DNA of 64,000 bases from positions 79,112,001 to 79,176,000 of the forward strand of contig OX597817.1 of the NCBI GenBank assembly GCA_951406725.2. Direction: 5' to 3'. Shown here piece after piece: positions 24,926 to 38,651 of this stretch. A program made the position numbers and the translations under genes. Source of the stretch: Octopus vulgaris (lineage: Eukaryota). Numbering within the stretch: the first letter of the stretch is position 1; every line of letters starts with the position of its first letter. The notes below the pieces were generated by a model. That model was not told where the DNA came from and searched no databases. It worked only from the letters and a program-made list of their open reading frames with translations.

Positions 24926-26205
24926 AACAAATTGAAATGGAAGGATACAAATAACTAGGTCTACTAGAGTTCAATGATATAATGGAAAAGGAAATGAAAG
25001 AGCAACTGAGGATGGAGTATTTCTGGAGACTGATGTTGGTGTTGAGCTCAAAATTGATTGGGTGGAATAAAATCCAAGCAGTTAATATGCAGGCGATAGC
25101 ATCACAATAGTATGGAATGTGAATTATAAAATGGTAAAAGCGAGAAATGAAGAAAATGGATACCAAAACCAGAAAAATGTTGACAGTACACCGAGCCTTC
25201 CACCCTAAGAGTAACACTGATAAGCTGTACTTGTTCAGAAGAAAGGGTGGGAGAGGTTTGATCAGTTGCCAGGACTGTATCGAAGCAGAGGAAAACATAT
25301 TAGAGTAGTATATAAAAAATACCATGGAGCCTCTGTTGAAACATATGAAGAACACCGGTGTCATCAAAACTGAAAATTGTGTAACAAAAGAAAAATTAAA
25401 ACAAGAAATGAGCAAAAAAAAAAGAAAAAGCATGGAAGAAAAATGTATGGTCAGCTTGCAAGAGATGTGAATGCCAAGACAGATACAGTGGACTGGTGGC
25501 TATAGAGGAGGAGGAGTGACCTGAAGATAGAGACAGATGCACTCATATGCACAGCTCAGGAACATGTGTTAAGGAGCAACTATATGAATTGCAGAATAGA
25601 CAACACTACCGATAGCGACAAATGCAGACTGTGTAGGGAGAGGGGTGAAATTGTATGGTACATTGTTAGCGAATGCCCAAAATTGGTACAATACGAATCA
25701 TGGCCTACAAAGAGAAAAGACGTGGTACGAGCAAACTCTAGAAGGAGTCACTTAAAATAAGAATTGCAAAATCTTGTGGAATACAATGATCCAGTACGAT
25801 CACCCGACCAGACATTGTTGTGGTGAATAAAAGAGAAAGAACATGCATGGTAATTAACATAGCATGCCTTGGTGATGACAGGATCAATGTGAAAGAAGAA
25901 AAAATTTAGACAGCTATGGAGATTGGAAGTGGGAAATATGAAGGTTGTGGTCAATGAAGAGAGTAGACATGATAACCAATAGTAAATAGCACCCTTGGAA
26001 GTATCAGCACTTACCTACCAACATGGCTGAAAAAAATATGCACAAGTGTGAAAGTAGAACATCTACAAAAACCCGCATTGCTTGAAACAGTTAGAATTCT
26101 TCACTGGGTTCTTAAAGCATGACCAGTAAATAAGTGTCACCTATGTCTACGGGCTGTGGACAGCTGACACTTACCATCATATCCAGCAAAATAATATGAG
26201 TTTTC
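24926..26205 (+). mobile_element. R4/Dong-type LINE fragment 2, older and decayed, with 3' end
   Basis: YK*LG..E; TRKMLTVHRAFHPKSNTDKLY...GGRGL; CRLCRERGE...IVSECPKL; PDIVVVNK; VEHLQK.ALL.T.RIL; followed by (TAA)n. Confidence 0.8.
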
Positions 26206-26228
26206 ATATAATAATAATAATACTAATA

Positions 26229-28828
26229 AAATTTGGGCAGAAGAAAAAACACACAACGAAAAGGCCCCCTGGATTGACAGAATATCTACAGAACTGGACG
26301 CCTTAGAAGAGCAAAAGTGGGAGGGTGTCAAGGTAGAAGATATAAGATCTGCTCTCAGGAGGTCACACAAATGGAAGTCTCCAGGAAAGGATAAAATTCC
26401 TAACTTCTGGCTGAATGCCTTCCCAGAGAGCCATGAACTGCTAACAGAACTGTACAATGATGTTTTGCAACACCCTAGTAGGATGCCTCCTTGGCTAGTT
26501 AATGGGTTAACATTCCTGCTTCCAAAAAGTGAAGAAACAAATGAACCGAAAAACTGCAGACCCATAACCTGCTTAACAACTATGTATAAAACGCTAACAT
26601 CTGTTCTGACGGAATATACTTATAGTTTTTTAACAGACAGCAGCATATTCCCTAATGAACAGAAGGGATGTAAACGTGGATCCTACGGTTGTAAAGATCA
26701 ACTACTCATCAATAAGATGATCTTAGAAGATTGTCACAAACGACACAAAAACTTATCAATAGCCTGGATAGACTATAAAAAGGCTTTTGATAGCCTACCA
26801 CATAGCTGGATTAAGAAATGTCTGGAAATGTATAAGATAGCACCTACTCTGCGAAACTTTTTGACTGTAAGTATGAGATCATGGAGAACCACACTAACTT
26901 TGAACAGTGACAATGAATCCCTAAAGGCTGGTGATGTAAAAATTTCATGTGGCATTTTCCAGGGTGACTCACTGTCACCACTCCTCTTTTGCTTAGCCTT
27001 AATACCTCTCTCAAAACTGCTCAATGATGCGCAGTACGGGTATAAAATGTTTGATAAAAATATAAATCATCTCATTTACATGTATGATTTAAAGCTTTTT
27101 GCAAAAAATGACCAACAACTCAAGGGCTTACTAGCAATAGTAAAACAATTCAGTGACGACATCAGAATGCAATTTAGCCTCGATAAATGTGCAAAAGCTA
27201 CCTTTATCAAAGGAAAAATTACAGAAACATCAGAATGTCATAAAAGAACTAGACCCAGCGGAGAACTACAAGTACCTAGGGGTAATTGAAGGGGACGGAA
27301 TAAGGCATTCAGAGATGAAGGAAAGGATCAGGAGAGAATGTTATCGAAGAGTGAGAGCAATACTCAAGACAGAGCTGAATGCAAGAAACAGGATCGAAGC
27401 GATCAATGCATTAGCCATACCAGTTGTGACTTACAGTTTCAATATCGTTAACTGGTCAATTACTGAAATATGTCAGCTTGACAGAAAAATACGAAAACTG
27501 TTGACAATGAATAGAATGCACCACCCTAAGGCAGATACAGAACGACTTTATCTGCCAAGAAAAGAAGGAGGCCATGGTCTTTTACAACTGGCAATAACAA
27601 TGAAGATTACTACAATTGGCCTAGACACCTACCTGAAAAAGTCTGAGGACTGGATGTTAAAACTTGTCTCAAAACATGAAAACAAGAAAGCATCATACTC
27701 AGTAACAAAACAGCCAAAGAAATATCTAAGTGAATTCCGAATACAACAAATTTCGGAATTAGAGATAGTCATACAAGAAACAAGCACAGAAAAAGCTAAG
27801 CGCATGAAAACCTGTGCCAAAACTGCGATTTAGATATTCTGAATAATAAATGGCAAGAAAAACCTCTCTATGGCAAATACCCAAAGAGAGCAAATAATGC
27901 AGATATTGACAAAGCCCTGACCCATCAATGGCTAATGGCCTCTGGCTTAAAATCTGAAACAGAAGGGTTTATCATAGCAGCTCAGGATCAATGCCTACCA
28001 ACAAGAAACTACCAGGCCAACATATTAAAGAATGGCAGTAGCCCAACATGTCGTGTATGTCGACAACAAAATGAAACCATTGATCATTTTGTCTCCAATT
28101 GCAGTCTTCTAGTGCCTACAGAGTACCTCAACAGGCATGATAGAGCTGCACAATATATTCACTGGGTAATTTGCAAAAACCTGGATTTGCCCCATGAAAA
28201 AAAACTGGTGGGAATGCAATCCACCTCCAGTGCTTGAAAATGACTACATCTCACTCCTCTGGAACTTCACCATTCAAACTGACAGAAAGATAGATGCAAA
28301 CAGGCCAGACATCATATCGAAAGACTTCAGACAAAGAACATGCCTCCTCATTGATATGACTGTCCGAATCGATATAAACGTATCTGTCAAGACCTACCAA
28401 AAACTGAGCAAATATAAAGATCTTGAAATAGAAATCAGCAAAATGTGGAACCTGAAGACTAAAACAATACCTGTTGTCATAGGTGCCCGGAATGATAGCG
28501 AAAGGGGCTGATTGCTACCTAACTCAGATACCAGGAAACCCCAAAATGGCAGAAATTCAAAAGATAGTGCGCATAGGAAGTACCCATATCTGACATAAAA
28601 ACAATGTCTATATAATCTCAAGTTTTAAAACACACTTATAATTTTCTTATGTTTTCTTAAACATTCTCTAGAGAAGTATTATGTTCAAAACCAATTATAT
28701 AACACCTTGGGCATAACACCAACATGAACTTCTAACTTGTCTCTTAAGGTCTCTGGGTGAGAGTTGGCATCAACTTGTACAAATACAAAACAAAAGTGAA
28801 ATATATAATAAAAATTAATGGTAATGAT

Positions 28829-28830
<2 letters not shown>
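26229..28830 (+). mobile_element. R4/Dong-clade non-LTR retrotransposon (RT + CCHC + restriction-like endonuclease), 5'-truncated, few lesions
   Basis: WKSPGKD.I.NFW; RPITCLTTMYK; WIDYKKAFDS; GIFQGDSLSPLLF; YMYD (mutated YMDD); YKYLG; CRVC...H....C; RHD; RPDII...CLLID; KLSKY. Flanked by (TAA)n on both sides. Confidence 0.93.
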
Positions 28831-28884
<54 letters not shown>

Positions 28885-28975
28885 TAATAATAATAATAAT
28901 AACAATAACAATAAAAACAACAACAATAATAATGATAATAATAACAATGATTATGATCACCACCATAATGATTAT
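28829..28975. repeat. (TAA)n tail/target microsatellite
   Basis: Direct observation. Confidence 0.95.
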
Positions 28976-29479
28976 GAAGGTTGACATAACTCTTCATGAA
29001 AGTAAATGCATAATTTGAAAAGCATGATATGCAATAAAACATAGATTGGTTTTGATTAATGCATTAAACAATATTTTAACAGTACGTGTGACTTCCCCAG
29101 GTTCAAAATACAACCACAGCCATAACAACAAAAGCAATAATAATAATAATAATAATAATAATGATAGCAACAAATGATAAAATTTTTTAAAAGTACCAGT
29201 TTTATATTTAAATTCTGAATTTTCTCAAAATAATTGTCATCACCGCTTTTGGTATATAACGATTAGAATTATTGAATTTCTACTGCTACTGATGACAAAA
29301 ATGATGATATTGATGATCAGGATAATAAACTGAGAAACATAATCGTGACCATCACTATTATCATCAAGCTCATTATCATAATCGCAACTGTAATCTAATC
29401 TTTATTCTGATTATACTTTATATTACTTTGCTCATTACATTTTTATATTTTTACCATCACCACGTCCTTCTTCCTTTTG

Positions 29480-29765
29480 TTCATCATCATCATCATCTTT
29501 ATTGTTTCATTGCCATTGTCTTCGTCATCCTCATCGTCAACATCATCAATATTAACATCATCCTTATCACTGTCTCCTTCATTTTTCTTCTCCTCCTCTC
29601 TTCTTTTGTCTTCTCCTTTTCTTCTTCCCTCATGCCTCTTTCTTCTTCCTTTTCCTCCTCCTCCTCCTTCTTTTTCACCTTCTCCTCCCCTTCTATTCCT
29701 CTGCCTTCTCATCCTTCTACTTCTTCTTCTTCTTCTTCTTCTTCTGCTTCTTCTTCACATTCTTC

Positions 29766-29797
<32 letters not shown>

Positions 29798-29950
29798 CTT
29801 CTTCTTCACATTCTTCTTCTTCTTCACTTTCTTCTTCTTCACATTCTTCTACTTCTTCACTTTCTTCTTCTTCTTCTTCTTCTTCTTCTTCTTCTTCTTC
29901 TTCTTCTTCTTCTTCTTCCTCATCCTCATCCACATCCAGTGCTTCGTCTT
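29480..29950. repeat. (CAT)n grading into (CTT)n/(GAA)n polypyrimidine tract
   Basis: Near-pure (TCT)n at 29715-29915 with a recurring TTCACATTCTTCTAC variant unit. Confidence 0.9.
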
Positions 29951-30469
29951 CATCAGCATTCTCATTACCCATAACCATTAGCAACATTCAAGCTGCCTCG
30001 TCATACATCACCTCAGAGTTGCTCCCCTCAATCACTGTGATGAGATCAACCATCATGATCAAACCACTACCACCACCACCACCATCATCATCTTAATTGT
30101 TAGCATATTTAACAAGTTTTCACGGAAGATTCATCTATATTATATACTTTGTTTTTAAACTTATACAAACAATAAATATACATAAAAACTGTTGATTATT
30201 TCCCTCTATATATATGTTTAAGAATGAACCCATTAAACAAAATAAAATATAAATAAAATGGTATTTTAATGAATTTTCCTTCCTATGTTTTAGGAAGGAA
30301 GGAAGATAATTTGATTATTATGTGGATATTTTCTTTAGCAGTGTACTTAATTAAAAAATATAGAATTCAAGAAAATTTATTTTAAATGTTGAAAGATTAC
30401 AAAAACTAGAAAATTGGCTTCAACAACGTAATTTGCAATTTACTCCATATGTGCAGATTGAAGGAAGGT

Positions 30470-30630
30470 GAGGCTGTAAGCATGGCTATGTGATTTCAGG
30501 TTTGCTGTCTAGCTTCATGGTTACAGTTTCACAACCACTGTGTCACCTTACGCAAGTATTTTCTATTACAGTCCCAGGCCAACGAAAACTTTGTAAGTAA
30601 ATTTGATAGGGAGAAACTGATTGCCAAAAG
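30470..30630 (+). mobile_element. Very degenerate SINE family A head
   Basis: CATGGCTATGTG...CATGGTT...CACCTTACGCAAGTATTTTCTATTACAG...ATTTGATAGGGAGAAACTG. Confidence 0.45.
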
Positions 30631-30754
30631 AAATGAATTTGACCATTTATAGTGCCTCTGAAGAAGATACGGGCATAGGACTGTTCTCTAGTTTTTTCTT
30701 TTTTTTGTTTCAGTCAATCATTTATGGCTCGACTGATTCTTGTTTGTTCCCTGC

Positions 30755-30922
30755 AACACCAGTATCTGCCATGGCTATGATTTCACTTGCCAAAGGTCTT
30801 GGGCATTTGACATTGCCTCCATGAGGCCCATCGCATGAAAGGTGCTTTTTATGTGCCACCAGCATGGGTGCTAGTTACACAACATGATCATCAGCCACAT
30901 TGCCTCCCTGAGGCTCAACACT
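30755..30922 (-). mobile_element. Family E internal fragment
   Basis: Reverse complement of 36641-36800 (GCACCCATGC..TGGCA..TAAAAAGCACCTTTC). Confidence 0.6.
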
Positions 30923-31681
30923 AGAGAGTGTCAACATCTTAATTTCTTTAAGTAGCCATATACTGGAGTAACCCTTACATGTATGTATGTATTTTAGATT
31001 TTAGATAAATGTTTATAGATAAGCATTCTACAACATGTTATAGTGAAAAGATTTTTTTAAATATTTTTGAAAGTTCATCACATGTGTCCCTTAAAACCCA
31101 TATCATCTTACTGCTAAGACTTATTTCATAGATTCACCATTTCTATAATATTGAAATTCTGTCTTCAGCTTTGAAGTAATCTTTTGATACAGACTTTTCT
31201 TTATGCACAAAATATTCTGAGTTGTTCACTAAGGCTTCAGTAAAAGACAAAGAATAAAATAGCAAAAGAAAAAAAAAAAAAAATAAAATTTATGATCAGA
31301 GAATGTCACATGATCACAACAGTCATCCTATCAAATCAAGTTTCTAAAAATATTCACAAATATTTCTTGGCTTAAACAAAATCTTTTGAAAAGGTAAATC
31401 AGTTTCTCTTGATATATTTAATAATATTTGTATATATAATAATGTAAAAATTATATGATGATGATGATGATCTTGAAGATGATGATAGTGATGATAGTGA
31501 TGGTGGTGGTGGTGATGGTGATGATGATAAACAACAGCAATATAAAAGCAAGGAGAAAATGATAAGCAAGGATAAGTTGAAGCAATAAACAAGCAAGATG
31601 AACAATTACATTAGAAACAATAATAGGAGTTGTGACAATGATGATCATAAAGAAAAGAACAGAAAAATAAACCATAGACGA

Positions 31682-31728
<47 letters not shown>

Positions 31729-31880
31729 CGTGTGTGTGTGTTTGTGCGTGTACTTGTAAATATATGTCAGGAGAGGTATATGTTTGTACTTCACTTTTCC
31801 CATTTCCTTGCCTAATACAATCTATGTCACAGTCTCTTAATTAAACTAATCAATCTACACACACACACCCACAACATATA

Positions 31881-32524
31881 TAAGGGGAAATAAAAAATTG
31901 TCCACATTTCTGCATTTAATATATCTTTATTTTTATCACACTGCCTTCTGTGCATGCTTATAGGTGGTACTATTGTGATCATGTGATTGAAGTTTGAGCC
32001 TGATCATGCAATTTTTCTTTCTGGCTTTACTGTGTAAGCATTGCTGCTCTACTAGCAATGTCCATCAAAGAAGAACAAAGAGCAGCGATCTGATTTCTCT
32101 AGTCAGAAGGTGTATCAGGTGCTGAAATTCATTGGAGGCTTTCAGAACAATATGGGAACAGTGCACTACTACTATGAGTGAATCAAGAAATTTAAAAGTG
32201 GCCGGACAAGCGTGATTCATAAAGACACCCATCAAGAAAGACACCCACTGACAAGAAAATTCAGCAAGCTTGGGAGATGGTAATAGTGAACCGGTTCACC
32301 ATTACCATCTCTTGGATCACTGTACTTTGTTCTTTGGTGCACATTGCTAGTGGAGTGGCCATGCTTACATTCTGGAGTCAGAAAGAAAAATGGTATGCTC
32401 AGGCTCAAACTTTGATCACATGACCACAATAGTACCAATTATAAGCAAGCATGCACAGAAGGCAGCGTGACAATAATAAAGATATATTATGGCTAAAGTG
32501 CAGATAATCTTTGACATCCCTTCA
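31881..32524. mobile_element. Mariner-derived fold-back element with two inverted left ends (~200-bp inverted arms)
   Basis: TA-flanked; 31881-32085 is the reverse complement of ~32322-32524. The interior encodes a decayed transposase N-terminus KEEQRAAI*FL*SEGVSGAEIH.RLSEQYG...IKKFKSGRTSV. Confidence 0.85.
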
Positions 32525-33202
32525 TATATATATATATATATATATACATGTATATGTATATATATATACATGCATATATATATTCTGTTGTGTCTGGAGA
32601 GTAACATTCTCTTTTGGTGCCTTATAATTTAATACACATATGTATATAGATCATGTATAGATACATAAATACATAGATACATCGATAGATATTAAAATTT
32701 GCCCAGGGCAAACAAATCCATATGTCTGCTGATGAATAACGTCAAAAAGTCTTCGGTGAGAAAGTCTACAGTAATTCAACTAGTATGTTAGAAGTTATAC
32801 AGGCACTAATATATATATATGTAAATAGATTGATAGATAAATATATATATATATATGTGTGTGTGTGTAGATAGATTGATAGATAAATATATATACATAT
32901 ATATACATATATATATACATATACTTATATATATTTTAATTTCAATTTTTATGTATTAATTGTATTAATCGAATTATATTTTCTACATAATTAATGACAA
33001 TATGTATTGGAATCAAATCTTCGATTTCAAGTTTTTCTTCGATTTTTATAATTTTATATTGAACTAATTTATTTGTTTTGTTTATTTTGTTTATCGCTCA
33101 CATATGACCGTTATTTGAAAGGACCAATCAAACAAATCCATTTTTAAAGGTGTATCATTTATACTAGTCTTGATTGAATTGTCATCTTGGTTCTATTTTA
33201 AG

Positions 33203-33249
33203 AAAACTGTCCGACGAACGGGAACGTGAAACTCTGAGTAACAACTTTT
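33203..33249 (+). ncRNA. Minimal type-I hammerhead candidate (core CCGACGA)
   Basis: TGT-CCGACGA-ACG-GGAA-CGT-GAAA-CTC-T-GAG-TA-ACA, followed by AATAAA. Lies in a ~350-bp insert between (TA)n tracts. Confidence 0.55.
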
Positions 33250-33296
33250 GTTAAATTTCTGCTGCTTTTAAATAAAGTATATATATACATATACAT

Positions 33297-33330
<34 letters not shown>

Positions 33331-33389
33331 CAGGTGGTGCTATTAAGTTAGACATGGCCTGGACCAATCTTTGGCTGAAACATATCTAA

Positions 33390-33467
<78 letters not shown>

Positions 33468-33903
33468 TTCAATTCTTGAAAATGTGATGGTGAAGGGATT
33501 GATATCTCAAATATGAATTTAGGAATTCTAAAGTTTCAAATGAACTGTTGAAAATTAATAAGAAAATACACACAAAAGAAAAAAATGAGTACAACAAAAC
33601 TTATTTAATGAAATAGGATTAAAAAAACCTTTGTAAAAAATATATACATATTTGCATATTTATATGCAGATGTATATAAATGTGTGTGTTGGCATGTATA
33701 CCCAGAAATATGATACATATATTCTTCATAAGACACAACATAATTAGTCTTAACAAGATGTTTCTGCCCTGTAAGTGCCTAGCTAATGCATACACACACA
33801 CACACACACATAAACACATGCACACTAACATATACTCATACACTCATGCATTTATCTCAACACACACACACACATATATATATATATAAATATATATATA
33901 CGT

Positions 33904-33961
<58 letters not shown>

Positions 33962-34314
33962 ATATGTATACATATGTATATATATATATATAAATATATA
34001 TATATACATATACATACATATACATATATATATATATTTATATATATATATATATATATATAATAAACATACAGTTGTACATTTCATGTACATATATGAG
34101 CATGTATCCATGTATATATGAGTGTGCATATGGATATATATATGCACACACAGACACATATGGACATGTATGTATATAAGATATGCACTTGCATTTTTTT
34201 CTTTATGACCTTTTATACATGTACCTCTCCTATTCACATACTGTAATAGTCACACAAACCCACATACATGTATACCTTCAAATTCAGTATGCCATTAACA
34301 TATACATACGTTAC

Positions 34315-34345
<31 letters not shown>

Positions 34346-34872
34346 TGTATGTATGTATGTATGTATGTATGTATGTATGAATGTATGTATGTATGTATGT
34401 ATGAATGTATGAATGTATGTATGTACGTATGTATGTATGTGTGTATGTATGTATGTGTGTATATGTATGCGTGCATGTGAGTGTGTGTGTATGTGTTTGT
34501 ATAAATACTCAAAAATGTATCAGTTTATGAATGTATTTATGCATGCATGTACATATGTAGGCATTTACATGTATTGGAATGAATATTGTTTTTTATGAAT
34601 TTCATGCATGAGAGAGGACTAAAACTATTAGCGTTGTTGTGGCCTGAAGAATAATGTCAATCCTATATCTATGACCTCAGGTCGGTGACTCGACAGTTAT
34701 AGAAACACTTCCAGCAACAGATTATAATATTCCGTCTACAAATGGATATCAAATAAAAAAAAGAAAAGCACCATATAATGTGGATATCTAAGTATCTAAT
34801 GAAATAAACATCTAATATACACAAATACATACTCAAATATTAAATACGCACATATATATATATACATACATA

Positions 34873-34911
<39 letters not shown>

Positions 34912-35381
34912 TATATACATATACATATATATATATATATATAGATATATACATATATATATATATATATGAATGTATGTATGTGTGTATATATATATAT
35001 ATATAGGTATATATGTATATATATAAATATATATATACATGAGTGTGCTGGGGTGTTTGAGATAATAAAAAATTATTCCATAATCAGAAAAATTTAAAAA
35101 GAAAAAAACGTTAGTAATGTAAATGGAAATAAAGCAGCATGTGCTTTTATTTATATTTTTTGTTGTTTTTGGCTTTTCAGTTATTAGATTTGTTTTTTTG
35201 TTTTAGTTCTTTTTTGATTACTGTATTGCAATAGATTTTTTTTGTTTTTGCTTTGCTTTTTTACTTTGTATTTTTCTTGTTTGTGAGGTTGTTTTTTGCT
35301 GTGTCTGATATCTCATAATATTTTTCTGTCCTCTTATATCTCTGTTTTGTATTTATGCATACTTACATATATATACATACA

Positions 35382-35429
<48 letters not shown>

Positions 35430-35503
35430 TACATATATATGTACATGTATATTTATATATATATATATATATATATATGGTATATATATATATATTTATG
35501 CAC

Positions 35504-35534
<31 letters not shown>

Positions 35535-35576
35535 CGCATATATTCATGCATGTATACATAAATGTATCTCTCTTTC

Positions 35577-35610
<34 letters not shown>

Positions 35611-36008
35611 TGTATATACATTGTATATGTATATGCCCACTTGTTTGGTAACTAAAAACATATTTATATTGTTACAAACTCATTTATACTTTGGAGATGT
35701 CTTAACTTCAAAGACAGGAGAGAGCAAGAGAAAGAGAGAGAGGGGAGGAGAGAGCGATGTCAAGTCAAGTAAATAAATAAAACAAATAAATGAAAGAAAG
35801 GAATAATATAAAATAAACAAAAAAAAGTAAAAGAAAACAGATTCTCTAATGTAAAAGAAATTGTATTGTCTCATATATTTGCTAAAAGAACAAGATGTTA
35901 AGAAGAATCGTTTTTTTCTTTTTCATCAATGATTATCCACAAGAAGAGAAGGAAAAGAGGAAAAAACATAATCTGCAATATTTTCTTCTCTCATTATTAT
36001 CATTATTA

Positions 36009-36049
<41 letters not shown>

Positions 36050-36051
<2 letters not shown>

Positions 36052-36452
36052 TTGTCATTGCACAGCTTCTAACACTGGAGATGTGCTACGGTGCCAGCTG
36101 TTCACTACTAGTGAACTAAGGTAAAACCCCTTATTTTTCGAGCCCCATCTGGAGTATTCGAGCGGTTCCAAGCAGTGCTGTTTTCAGCAAGTGCTCCACC
36201 CTTGCTGCAGCCCCTATTTGTTGCATGTACTTCTCATGATTTTTACTCACTATTCTCAGGGCTCCGACAATTATTGATACTACTACCATCTTTTTAAGCG
36301 ACCACAACTGCTTCACCTCCCAAGCTGGCCTGTTATATCTTTCGACTTTTCTTCCTTCCTTATCGCATACCTTGTTGTCAGCCGGGCCTGCTATATCTAT
36401 GATCCAGCTTCGTTTGCTTTCTTTCTCAATTAATACTATGTCTGGTTTCTCA
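36050..36452 (-). mobile_element. 3' fragment of an R4/Dong LINE
   Basis: PDIVLIEKE...WIIDIA.P.D..V..KE..KVERY...IIVGAL..V...VEHLLKTALLGTARIL*; the (TAA)n tail corresponds to (TTA)n at 35993-36049. Confidence 0.85.
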
Positions 36453-36640
36453 TCGTTGTTGTTGTTGTTATGTGTATTTTTTAAATTTTGATTATTTAAT
36501 ATTTTTATGTTTATTTAAAGACATAACAATGTATTGTATTAGCTATGTGATTTAGGTGTGTCAATCTTTTTCTCCCAAGATAGTGAACAGTGGAAATATT
36601 TTATATTGATTTTCACAGAGGCAATGTGGCCGATTCTGGT

Positions 36641-37058
36641 GTCATGTAACTAGCACCCATGCCAATGGCATGTAAAAAGCACCTTTCAAACATTGGGTCT
36701 CATGGAGGGAATAACAAATGGCCAAGACCTTTGACAATATGCTGTGCTTGAGAAGAAGACCCATCAAGCCAGGTGAAATCATAGTCATGGCAGATTTTGG
36801 TGTCATGCAATTGGCACTCATACCGGTGGCATGTAAAAGCACTCATCAAACTCTCAGAGTGGTTGGCACTAGGAAGGGCATTCAGCCATAGAAACCATGC
36901 CAAATCAGACTGGAACCTGGTGCAGTCCTTCAGCTTACCAGCGTGGTCAAACTGTCCAACACATGCCAGCATGGACAGCAAATGTTAAATGATGATAATG
37001 ATAATGATGATGATGATGATGATGATGACGATGATGATGATGACGATGACGACGATGA
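36641..37058 (+). mobile_element. (GAT)n-tailed SINE-like element (family E)
   Basis: TGGCATGTAAAAAGCAC internal repeats; GAGTGGTTGGCA.TAGGAAGGGCAT.CAGC; CATGCCAGCATGGA...GTTAAATGAT(GAT)n. Confidence 0.8.
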
Positions 37059-37384
37059 TTCTTCTCCTGACTTCACATTTTCCACTCTTATTTTATTGTC
37101 CACTCTGATACATAAGCATCCACATAGGAACATGCACACATGCACTTACATACTGACTAACATACACATGCCAACATACACAGATACACATGTACTTGTA
37201 CACTCACATAAAATGCACTACAAAAGCTGGATAAAAGTCCCAGTCTCATTAATACAAATGCTTGGATGTATACAAGGATGGGTTGTATACAGAAATTTAC
37301 AAACGGCATTTCTATGAGGTCAAAGATATATTGTACTAATTACAATCAATTTTGCATAGGCTAACTGGAGATCTGACAATTTAC

Positions 37385-37487
<103 letters not shown>

Positions 37488-37700
37488 CATATCTGCCTGA
37501 CTTCCTGTCTGTCTGTTTGTGAATATAACTGCTAATCCACATATTGATTAATCCATCTCTCTATCAGTATTATGAGTGTATTAGTGTGTCTGTATACATA
37601 CATACATTCATGCATAAACACATAAATAGATAAATACATACACACACATAGATAATTACATACACATACACATTCACACAAACACACACATGGGTGTATA

Positions 37701-37745
<45 letters not shown>

Positions 37746-37941
37746 GCAATAGGCATTGATTAATTGATAGGTAGGTTAGATACAAATTTCAAAGACACCC
37801 AAACATATCTACATAACACAGTATACATACATATCTGTCTGTACTGATATATACAGACACACATATATATACACATACAATCATATATATGTGTGTATAC
37901 TTGTATATATGTTTGTATATATATATGTATAAATATATATA

Positions 37942-38321
37942 TCTCTTATATAAAATCCGTTCTGTCTGTCTGTCCGTGTATGTGGCTTCTAGGATCTCGA
38001 GCATCCTCCATCTGATTGCGCTTAAATTTGATATGTAGATACCGACGGTATCTGGGCATGTATAAGTCTTGAAAAAATTACAAAAATCGATTCCAGGTGA
38101 GAATGCGATCAATAAAGCCGTGGGAAATGGTTTTTCTTTGGAATACAAAAAAAAGTCTATCTTTATTTCTTCATTTGCTGGTGTCTCAAATTTAGATTAA
38201 CTCAGTGTTTCTCAAAGGGGAGGCATATGGGACGGTCGGACAAGTTGTTTTGAGAAAATTTGGTTTAAATGTTTGACAACTCAGCATCGTCCATTGGACG
38301 GAGGAGGGGGCGTTTTGCTTG
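37942..38321 (+). mobile_element. Non-autonomous Helitron
   Basis: Inserted at A|T. 5' TCTCTTATATAAAATCCGTTCTGTCTGTC; 3' hairpin CGTCCATTGGACG then CTTG (CTRR-like end). Second copy at 61068-61481. Confidence 0.8.
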
Positions 38322-38651
38322 TATATATATATATATATGTCGAGAGTTTTGTCTCTCCCTCACTCCCTCTCTTTCTCTCTCTTTCCCATTCACTTTGACT
38401 TAACACTTCTGTTTTGCTTCCTCACTTTCTTTTTCCTAATTGTCCATTCTTTCTTTCCTCACTTCCCCTCTCAACTTCACTTCTTTTTATATCATGCACT
38501 TAAATCTGCATTTCGTTTTATTGTCCATTCTTCAATCATCAGCAGCTTCCTCTTCCTCAGCAGCAATATCACTGTCATCACCAACACTAATCACTAATAC
38601 ATTTTATTATTTCTTCTTCAATAGTATTGATGATTTAAAGATTAAATATAA

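Noticed and set aside
32724-32772. CTGATGA...GAAAGTCTACAG (similar weak strings at 46680 and 51059)
   Set aside because: Core words are present but the stems cannot be formed consistently; expected by chance in AT-rich DNA.
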